From the human T2T-CHM13v2.0 reference genome, Homo sapiens: DNA of 64,000 nucleotides. Of the stretch, positions 54,201 through 64,000 are shown piece by piece. Under the pieces are notes generated by a model. It was not told where the DNA came from, searched no databases, and saw only the letters and a program-made list of their open reading frames with translations. The first letter of the stretch is position 1. Every line of letters begins with the position of its first letter. A program made the position numbers and the translations under genes. Location of the stretch: NCBI RefSeq assembly GCF_009914755.1, contig NC_060929.1, one strand, 5' to 3'.

Positions 54201-55457
54201 ATCTTCCTATAAAAACTAGACAGAATGATTCTCAGAAACTCCTTTGTGATGTGTGCGTTCAACTCACAGAGTTTAACCTTTCTTTTCATAGAGCAGTTAG
54301 GAAACACTCTGTTTGTAAAGTCTCCAAGTGGATATTCAGACCTCTTTGAGGCCTTCGTTGGAAACGGGTTTTTTTCATATAAGGCTAGACAGAAGAATTC
54401 CCAGTAACTTCCTTGTGTTGTGTGTGTTCAACTCACAGAGTTGAACTTTGATTTACACAGAGCAGATTTGAAACACTCTTTTTGTGGAATTTGCAAGTGG
54501 AGATTTCAAGCGCTTTGAGGCCAAAGGCAGAAAAGGAAATATCTTCGTATAAAAACTAGACAGAATCATTCTCAGAAACTGCTCTGCGATGTGTGCGTTC
54601 AACTCTCAGAGTTTAACTTTTCTTCTCATTCAGCAGTTTGGAAACACTCTGTTTGTAAAGTCTGCACGTGGATAATTTGACCACTTAGAGGCCTTCGTTG
54701 GAAACGGGTTTTTTTCATGTAAGGCTAGACAGAAGAATTCTCAGTAACTTCCTTGTGTTGTGTGTATTCAACTCACACAGTTGAACGATCCTTTACACAG
54801 AGCAGACTTGTAACACTCTTTTTGTGGAATTTGCAAGTGGAGATTTCAGCCGCTTTGAAGTCAAAGGTAGAAAAGGAAATATCTTCCTATAAAAACTAGA
54901 CAGAATGATTCTCAGAAACTCCTTTGTGATGTGTGTGTTCAACTCACAGAGTTTAACCTTTCTTTTCATAGAGCAGTTAGGAATCACTCTGTTTGTAAAG
55001 TCTGCAAGTGGATATTCAGACCTCTTTGAGGCCTTCGTTGGAAACGGGTTTTTTTCATATAAGGCTAGACAGAAGAATTCCCAGTAACTTCCTTGTGTTG
55101 TGTGTGTTCAACTCACAGAGTTGAACTTTCATTTACACAGAGCAGATTTGAAACACTCTTTTTGTGGAATTTGCAAATGGAGATTTCAAGCGCTTTGAGG
55201 CCAAAGGCAGAAAAGGAAATATCTTTGTATAAAAACTAGACAGAATCATTCTCAGAAACTGCTCTGCGATGTGTGCGTTCAACTCTCAGAGTTTAACTTT
55301 GCTTTTCATTCAGCAGTTTGGAAACACTCTGTTTGTAAAGTCTGCACGTGGATAATTTGACCACTTAGAGGCCTTCGTTGGAAACGGGTTTTTTTCATGT
55401 AAGGCTAGACAGAAGAATTCTCAGTAACTTCCTTGTGTTGTGTGTATTCAACTCACA
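44562..55457 (+). repeat. Tandem duplication with 5438-bp period (32 monomers: 12+20-mer)
   Basis: Variants recur at +5438: ACTAAACAGA at ~44703/50141, GGTCCATGG at ~45686/51124, AAAAGAAAATAT at ~46379/51817, TTCTACTC at ~46953/52391 and GCCCCGTTG/TCAATCGT at ~48054/53492. Identity ends at 50020 G versus 55458 C. Confidence 0.92.
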
Positions 55458-58400
55458 CAGTTGAACGATCCTTTACACAGAGCAGACTTGTAACACTCTT
55501 TTTGTGGAATTTGCAAGTGGAGATTTCAGCCGCTTTGAAGTCAAAGGTAGAAAAGGAAATATCTTCCTATAAAAACTAGACAGAATGATTCTCAGAAACT
55601 CCTTTGTGATGTGTGCGTTCAACTCACAGAGTTTAACCTTTCTTTTCATAGAGCAGTTAGGAAACACTCTGTTTGTAAAGTCTCCAAGTGGATATTCAGA
55701 CCTCTTTGAGGCCTTCGTTGGAAACGGGTTTTATTCATATAAGGCTAGACAGAAGAATTCCCAGTAACTTCCTTGTGTTGTGTGTGTTCAACTCACAGAG
55801 TTGAACTTTGATTTACACAGAGCAGATTTGAAACACTCTTTTTGTGGAATTTGCAAGTGGAAATTTCAAGCGCTTTGAGGCCAAAGGCAGAAAAGGAAAT
55901 ATCTTCGTATAAAAACTAGACAGAATCATTCTCAGAAACTGCTCTGCGATGTGTGCGTTCAACTCTCAGAGTTTAACTTTTCTTTTCATTCAGCAGTTTG
56001 GAAACACTCTGTTTGTAAAGTCTGCACGTGGATATTTTGACCACTTAGAGGCCTTCGTTGGAAACGGGTTTTTTTCCTGTAAGGCTAGACAGAAGAATTC
56101 CCAGTAACTTCCTTGTGTTGTGTACATTCAACTCACAGAGTTGAACGTTCCCTTAGACAGAGCAGATTTGAAACACTCTTTTTGTGCAATTGGCAAGTGG
56201 AGATTTCAAGCGCTTTAAGGTCAATGGCAGAAAAGGAAATATCTTCGTTTCAAAACTAGACAGAATCATTCCCACAAACTGCGTTGTGATGTGTTCGTTC
56301 ATCTCACAGAGTTTAACCTTTCTTTTCATAGAGCAGTTAGGAAACAGTCTGTTTGTAAATTCTGTAAGTGGATATTCTGACATCTTGTGGCCTTCGTTGG
56401 AAACGGGATTTCTTCATATTCTGCTAGACAGAAGAATTCTCAGAATCTTCCTTGTGTTGTGTGTATTCAACTCACACAGTTGAACGATTGTTTACACAGA
56501 GCAGATTTGAAACACTCTTTCTCTGGAATTTGCAAGTGGAGATTTCAGCCGCTTTGAGGTCCATGGTAGAAAAGGAAATATCTTCGTATAACAACTAGAC
56601 AGAATGATTCTCAGAAACTTCTTTGTGATGTGTGCGTTCAACTCACAGAGTTTAACCTTTCTTTTCATGGAGCAGTTAGGAAACACTCTGTTTGTAAACT
56701 CTGCAAGTGGATATTCAGACCTCTTTGAGGCCTTCGTTGGAAACGGGATTTCTTCATACTGTGCTAGACAGAAGAATTCTCAGTAACTTCCTTGTGTTGT
56801 GTGTATTCAACTCACAGAGTTGAACGATCCTTTACACAGAGCAGACTTGTAACACTCTTTTTGTGGAATTTGCAAGTGGAGATTTCAGCCGCGTTGAGGT
56901 CAATGGTAGAAAAGGAAATATCTTCGTATAAAAACTAGACAGAATGATTCTCAGAAACTCCTTTGTGATGTGTGTGTTCAACTCACAGAGTTTAACATTT
57001 CTTTTCATAGAGCAGTTAGGAAACACTCTGTTTGTAAAGTCTGCAAGTGGATATTCAGACCTCTTTGAGGCCTTCGTTGGAAACGGGTTTTTTTCATATA
57101 AGGCTAGACAGAAGAATTCCCAGTAACTTCCTTGTGTTGTGTGTGTTCAACTCACAGAGTTGAACTTTCATTTACACAGAGCAGATTTGAAACACTCATT
57201 TTCTGGAATTTGCAAGTGGAGATTTCAAGCGCTTTGAGGCCAAAGGCAGAAAAGGAAATATCTTCGTATAAAAACTAGACAGAATCATTCTCAGAAACTG
57301 CTCTGCGATGTGTGCGTTCAACTCTCAGAGTTTAACTTTTCTTTTCATTCAGCAGTTTGGAAACACTCTGTTTGTAAAGTCTGCACGTGGATAATTTGAC
57401 CACTTAGAGGCCTTCGTTGGAAACGGGTTTTTTTCATGTAAGGCTAGACAGAAGAATTCTCAGTAACTTCCTTGTGTTGTGTGTATTCAACTCACAGAGT
57501 TGAACGATCCTTTACACAGAGCAGACTTGTAACACTCTTTTTGTGGAATTTGCAAGTGGAGATTTCAGCCGCTTTGAAGTCAAAGGTAGAAAAGGAAATA
57601 TCTTCCTATAAAAACTAGACAGAATGATTCTCAGAAACTCCTTTGTGATGTGTGCGTTCAACTCACAGAGTTTAACCTTTCTTTTCATAGAGTAGTTAGG
57701 AAACACTCTGCTTGTAAAGTCTGCAAGTGGATATTCAGCCCTCTTTGAGGCCTTCGTTGGAAACGGGTTTTTTTCATATAAGGCTAGACAGAAGAATTCC
57801 CAGTAACTTCTTTGTGTTGTGTGTGTTCAACTCACAGAGTTGAACTTTGATTTACACAGAGCAGATTTGAAACACTCTTTTTGTGGAATTTGCAAGTGGA
57901 GATTTCAAGCGCTTTGAGGCCAAAGGCAGAAAAGGAAATATCTTCGTATAAAAACTAGACAGAATCATTCTCAGAAACTGCTCTGCGATGTGTGCGTTCA
58001 ACTCTCAGAGTTTAACTTTTCTTTTCATTCAGCAGTTTGGAAACACTCTGTTTGTAAAGTCTGCACGTGGATATTTTGACCACTTAGACGCCTTCGTTGG
58101 AAACGGGTTTTTTTCCAGTAAGGCTAGACAGAAGAATTCCCAGTAACTTCCTTGTGTTGTGTACATTCAACTCACAGAGTTGAACGTTCCCTTAGACAGA
58201 GCAGATTTGAAACACTCTTTTTGTGCAATTGGCAAGTGGAGATTTCAAGCGCTTTGAGGTCAATGGCAGAAAAGGAAATATCTTCGTTTCAAAACTAGAC
58301 AGAATCATTCCCACAAACTGCGTTGTGATGTGTTCGTTCATCTCACAGAGTTTAACCTTTCTTTTCGTAGAGCAGTTAGGAAACAGTCTGTTTGTAAATT

Positions 58401-61400
58401 CTGTAAGTGGATATTCTGACATCTTGTGGCCTTCGTTGGAAACGGGATTTCTTCATATTCTGCTAGACAGAAGAATTCTCAGAATCTTCCTTGTGTTGTG
58501 TGTATTCAACTCACACAGTTGAACGATTGTTTACACAGAGCAGATTTGAAACACTCTTTTTGTGGAATTTGCAAGTGGAGATTTCAGCCGCTTTGAGGTC
58601 AATGGTAGAAAAGGAAATATCTTCGTATAAAAACTAGACAGAATGATTCTCAGAAACTTCTTTGTGATGTGTGCGTTCAACTCACAGAGTTTAACCTTTC
58701 TTTTCATAGAGCAGTTAGGAAACACTCTGTTTGTAAACTCTGCAAGTGGATATTCAGACCTCTTTGAGGCCTTCGTTGGAAACGGGATTTCTTCATACTG
58801 TGCTAGACAGAAGAATTCTCAGTAACTTCCTTGTGTTGTGTGTATTCAACTCACAGAGTTGAACGATCCTTTACACAGAGCAGACTTGAAACGCTCTTTT
58901 TGTGGAATTTGCAAGTGGAGATTTCAGCCACGTTGAGGTCAATGGTAGAAAAGGAAATATCTTCGTATAAAAACTAGACAGAATGATTCTCAGAAACTCC
59001 TTTGTGATGTGTGTGTTCAACTCACAGAGTTTAACCTTTCTTTTCATAGAGCAGTTAGGAATCACTCTGTTTGTAAAGTCTCCAAGTGGATATTCAGACC
59101 TCTTTGAGGCCTTCGTTGGAAACGGGTTTTTTTCATATAAGGCTAGACAGAAGAATTCCCAGTAACTTCCTTGTGTTGTGTGTGTTCAACTCACAGAGTT
59201 GAACTTTCATTTACACAGAGCAGATTTGAAACACTCTTTTTGTGGAATTTGCAAATGGAGATTTCAAGCGCTTTGAGGCCAAAGGCAGAAAAGGAAATAT
59301 CTTCGTATAAAAACTAGACAGAATCATTCTCAGAAACTGCTCTGCGATGTGTGCGTTCAACTCTCAGAGTTTAACTTTGCTTTTCATTCAGCAGTTTGGA
59401 AACACTCTGTTTGTAAAGTCTGCACGTGGATAATTTGACCACTTAGAGGCCTTCGTTGGAAACGGGTTTTTTTCATGTAAGGCTAGACAGAAGAATTCTC
59501 AGTAACTTCCTTGTGTTGTGTGTATTCAACTCACACAGTTGAACGATCCTTTACACAGAGCAGACTTGTAACACTCTTTTTGTGGAATTTGCAAGTGGAG
59601 ATTTCAGCCGCTTTGAAGTCAAAGGTAGAAAAGGAAATATCTTCCTATAAAAACTAGACAGAATGATTCTCAGAAACTCCTTTGTGATGTGTGCTTTCAA
59701 CTCACAGAGTTTAACCTTTCTTTTCATAGAGCAGTTAGGAAACACTCTGTTTGTAAAGTCTGCAAGTGGATATTCAGACCTCTTTGAGGCCTTCGTTGGA
59801 AACGGGTTTTTTTCATATAAGGCTAGACAGAAGAATTCCCAGTAACTTCCTTGTGTTGTGTGTGTTCAACTCACAGAGTTGAACTTTGATTTACACAGAG
59901 CAGATTTGAAACACTCTTTTTGTGGAATTTGCAAGTGGAGATTTCAAGCGCTTTGAGGCCAAAGGCAGAAAAGTAAATATCTTCGTATAAAAACTAGACA
60001 GAATCATTCTCAGAAACTGCTCTGTGATGTGTGCGTTCAACTCTCAGAGTTTAACTTTTCTTTTCATTCAGCAGTTTGGAAACACTCTGTTTGTAAAGTC
60101 TGCACGTGGATAATTTGACCACTTAGAGGCCTTCGTTGGAAACGGGTTTTTTTCATGTAAGGCTAGACAGAAGAATTCTCAGTAACTTCCTTGTGTTGTG
60201 TGTATTCAACTCACACAGTTGAACGATCCTTTACACAGAGCAGACTTGTAACACTCTTTTTGTGGAATTTGCAAGTGGAGATTTCAGCCGCTTTGAAGTC
60301 AAAGGTAGAAAAGGAAATATCTTCCTATAAAAACTAGACAGAATGATTCTCAGAAACTCCTTTGTGATGTGTGCGTTCAACTCACAGAGTTTAACCTTTC
60401 TTTTCATAGAGCAGTTAGGAAACACTCTGCTTGTAAAGTCTGCAAGTGGATATTCAGCCCTCTTTGAGGCCTTCGTTGGAAACGGGTTTTTTTCATATAA
60501 GGCTAGACAGAAGAATTCCCAGTAACTTCCTTGTGTTGTGTACATTCAACTCACAGAGTTGAACGTTCCCTTAGACAGAGCAGATTTGAAACACTCTTTT
60601 TGTGCAATTGGCAAGTGGAGATTTCAAGCGCTTTAAGGTCAATGGCAGAAAAGGAAATATCTTCGTTTCAAAACTAGACAGAATCATTCCCACAAACTGC
60701 GTTGTGATGTGTTCGTTCAACTCACAGAGTTTAACCTTTCTTTTCATAGAGCAGTTAGGAAACAGTCTGTTTGAAAACTCTGTAAGTGGATATTCTGACA
60801 TCTTGTGGCCTTCGTTGGAAACGGGATTTCTTCATATTCTGCTAGACAGAAGAATTCTCAGAATCTTCCTTGTGTTGTGTGTATTCAACTCACACAGTTG
60901 AACGATCCTTTACACAGAGCAGATTTGAAACACTCATTTGGTGGAATTTGTAAGTGGAGGTTTCAGCCGCTTTGAGGTCCATGGTAGAAAAGGAAATATC
61001 TTCGTATAACAACTAGACAGAATGATTCTCAGAAACTTCTTTGTGATGTGTGCGTTCAACTCACAGAGTTTAACCTTTCTTTTCATAGAGCAGTTAGGAA
61101 ACACTCTGTTTGTAAACTCTGCAAGTGGATATTCAGACCTCTTTGAGGCCTTCGTTGGAAACGGGATTTCTTCATACTGTGCTAGACAGAAGAATTCTCA
61201 GTAACTTCCTTGTGTTGTGTGTATTCAACTCACAGAGTTGAACGATCCTTTACACAGAGCAGACTTGAAACACTCTTTTTGTGGAATTTGCAAGTGGAGA
61301 TTTCAGCCGCGTTGAGGTCAATGGTAGAAAAGGAAATATCTTCGTATAAAAACTAGACAGAATGATTCTCAGAAACTCCTTTGTGATGTGTGTGTTCAAC

Positions 61401-64000
61401 TCACAGACTTTAACCTTTCTTTTCATAGAGCAGTTAGGAATCACTCTGTTTGTAAAGTCTGCAAGTGGATATTCAGACCTCTTTGAGGCCTTCGTTGGAA
61501 ACGGGTTTTTTCATATAAGGCTACACAGAAGAATTCCCAGTAACTTCCTTGTGTTGTGTGTGTTCAACTCACAGAGTTGAACTTTGATTTACACAGAGCA
61601 GATTTGAAACACTCTTTTTGTGGAATTTGCAAGTGGAGATTTCAAGCGCTTTGAGGCCAAAGGCAGAAAAGGAAATATCTTCGTATAAAAACTAGACAGA
61701 ATCATTCTCAGAAACTGCTCTGCGATGTGTGCGTTCAACTCTCAGAGTTTAACTTTTCTTCTCATTCAGCAGTTTGGAAACACTCTGTTTGTAAAGTCTG
61801 CACGTGGATAATTTGACCACTTAGAGGCCTTCGTTGGAAACGGGTTTTTTTCATGTAAGGCTAGACAGAAGAATTCTCAGTAACTTCCTTGTGTTGTGTG
61901 TATTCAACTCACAGAGTTGAACGATCCTTTACACAGAGCAGACTTGTAACACTCTTTTTGTGGAATTTGCAAGTGGAGATTTCAGCCGCTTTGAAGTCAA
62001 AGGTAGAAAAGGAAATATCTTCCTATAAAAACTAGACAGAATGATTCTCAGAAACTCCTTTGTGATGTGTGTGTTCAACTCACAGAGTTTAACCTTTCTT
62101 TTCATAGAGCAGTTAGGAATCACTCTGTTTGTATAGTCTGCAAGTGGATATTCAGACCTCTTTGAGGCCTTCGTTGGAAACGGGTTTTTTTCATATAAGG
62201 CTAGACAGAAGAATTCTCAGTAACTTCCTTGTGTTGTGTGTATTCAACTCACAGAGTTGAACGATCCTTTACACAGAGCAGACTTGAAACACTCTTTTTG
62301 TGGAATTTGCAAGTGGAGATTTCAAGCGCTTTGAGGCCAAAGGCAGAAAAGGAAATATCTTCGTATAAAAACTAGACAGAATCATTCTCAGAAACTGCTC
62401 TGCGATGTGTGCGTTCAACTCTCAGAGTTTAACTTTTCTTTTCATTCAGCAGTTTGGAAACACTCTGTTTGTAAAGTCTGCACGTGGATAATTTGACCAC
62501 TTAGAGGCCTTCGTTGGAAACGGGTTTTTTTCCTGTAAGGCTAGACAGAAGAATTCCCAGTAACTTCCTTGTGTTGTGTACATTCAACTCACAGAGTTGA
62601 ACGTTCCCTTAGACAGAGCAGATTTGAAACACTCTTTTTGTGCAATTGGCAAGTGGAGATTTCAAGCGCTTTGAGGTCAATGGCAGAAAAGGAAATATCT
62701 TCGTTTCAAAACTAGACAGAATCATTCCCACAAACTGCGTTGTGATGTGTTCGTTCATCTCACAGAGTTTAACCTTTCTTTTCGTAGAGCAGTTAGGAAA
62801 CAGTCTGTTTGTAAATTCTGTAAGTGGATATTCTGACATCTTGTGGCCTTCGTTGGAAACGGGATTTCTTCATATTCTGCTAGACAGAAGAATTCTCAGA
62901 ATCTTCCTTGTGTTGTGTGTATTCAACTCACACAGTTGAACGATTGTTTACACAGAGCAGATTTGAAACACTCTTTTTGTGGAATTTGCAAGTGGAGATT
63001 TCAGCCGCTTTGAGGTCAATGGTAGAAAAGGAAATATCTTCGTATAAAAACTAGACAGAATGATTCTCAGAAACTTCTTTGTGATGTGTGCGTTCAACTC
63101 ACAGAGTTTAACCTTTCTTTTCATAGAGCAGTTAGGAAACACTCTGTTTGTAAACTCTGCAAGTGGATATTCAGACCTCTTTGAGGCCTTCGTTGGAAAC
63201 GGGATTTCTTCATACTGTGCTAGACAGAAGAATTCTCAGTAACTTCCTTGTGTTGTGTGTATTCAACTCACAGAGTTGAACGATCCTTTACACAGAGCAG
63301 ACTTGAAACGCTCTTTTTGTGGAATTTGCAAGTGGAGATTTCAGCCGCGTTGAGGTCAATGGTAGAAAAGGAAATATCTTCGTATAAAAACTAGACAGAA
63401 TGATTCTCAGAAACTCCTTTGTGATGTGTGTGTTCAACTCACAGAGTTTAACCTTTCTTTTCATAGAGCAGTTAGGAAACACTCTGTTTGTAAAGTCTGC
63501 AAGTGGATATTCAGACCTCTTTGAGGCCTTCGTTGGAAACGGGTTTTTTTCATATAAGGCTAGACAGAAGGATTCCCAGTAACTTCCTTGTGTTGTGTGT
63601 GTTCAACTCACAGAGTTGAACTTTCATTTACACAGAGCAGATTTGAAACACTCTTTTTGTGGAATTTGCAAGTGGAGATTTCAAGCGCTGTGAGGCCAAA
63701 GGCAGAAAAGGAAATATCTTCGTATAAAAACTAGACAGAATCATTCTCAGAAACTGCTCTGTGATGTGTGCGTTCAACTCTCAGAGTTTAACTTTTCTTT
63801 TCATTCAGCAGTTTGGAAACACTCTGTTTGTAAAGTCTGCACGTGGATAATTTGACCACTTAGAGGCCTTCGTTGGAAACGGGTTTTTTTCATGTAAGGC
63901 TAGACAGAAGAATTCTCAGTAACTTCCTTGTGTTGTGTGTATTCAACTCACACAGTTGAACGATCCTTTACACAGAGCAGACTTGTAACACTCTTTTTGT

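Larger units (their letters stand above)
1..64000 (+). repeat. Alpha satellite higher-order-repeat array, dimeric suprachromosomal family 1 (J1/J2), ~188 dimers of ~340 bp
   Basis: CTAGACAGAA recurs at 1, 172 and 341, giving 171- and 169-bp monomers. A GAATTC site recurs every ~340 bp and a CENP-B box occurs in every second monomer. Canonical alphoid motifs are present (CATTCTCAGAAACT, TTCAACTCACAGAGTT, GAAACACTCTTTTTGTGGAAT). Orientation is the same throughout. Confidence 0.99.
1..64000 (+). other. Probable live centromeric array of the D1Z7/D5Z2/D19Z3 (S1C1/5/19H1L) family, human chr1/5/19
   Basis: The 340-bp EcoRI dimer, very high copy-to-copy identity and regular CENP-B boxes followed by T-runs (CGGGTTTTTTTCAT) resemble my recollection of this family. 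The chromosome cannot be fixed without alignment. Confidence 0.75.

Noticed and set aside
409-63582. About 200 short ORFs (60-127 aa) such as MILRNSFVMCAFNSQS... and MFPNCSMKRKVKLCELN...
   Set aside because: They recur with the 340/680-bp satellite period on both strands, many start at GTG/TTG, and they are opened or closed by single SNVs and indels. I recognise no protein domain. They are translations of alpha satellite and were used only as variant markers.
1-64000. CRISPR-like array suggested by regularly spaced conserved, partly palindromic motifs
   Set aside because: The intervening sequence is itself repeated rather than unique spacers, the period is 170/340 bp, and there are no cas genes.
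1-64000. Embedded L1/Alu insertion, inversion or foreign unique sequence
   Set aside because: The 340-bp phase is continuous apart from 1-bp indels and the strand never switches. I saw no poly-A tail, target-site duplication or non-alphoid segment.
1-64000. Location of the kinetochore or CENP-A domain within this window
   Set aside because: This depends on methylation and chromatin data. Recent duplications and intact boxes are compatible with it but do not demonstrate it.

Overview
The whole 64-kb window is one uninterrupted, single-orientation array of primate (almost certainly human) centromeric alpha satellite. It consists of about 188 dimers of ~340 bp (171+169 bp monomers), each with an EcoRI site and one CENP-B box position. 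This dimeric organisation is that of suprachromosomal family 1 (J1/J2). From recall rather than a search, it most resembles the live D1Z7/D5Z2/D19Z3 (S1C1/5/19H1L) array of chromosomes 1/5/19. I found no genes, RNA genes, CRISPR arrays, transposon insertions or inversions; the listed ORFs are by-products of the repeat. I found no new protein-coding system, so the interest lies in the array architecture. Using my own dimer labels, the array follows a variable-length unit C-D-E-(A-B)n-A' (12- to 40-mers). On top of this are nested multi-kb duplications with offsets of 2.7, 5.4, 6.8, 8.8 and 27.9 kb that can be partly ordered in time. There are also chimeric monomers and apparent micro-conversion patches, a few broken CENP-B boxes, a mutation cluster near 43.3 kb and a more divergent 3' zone. 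All comparisons were made by eye, aided by the ORF track, and need confirmation by alignment.
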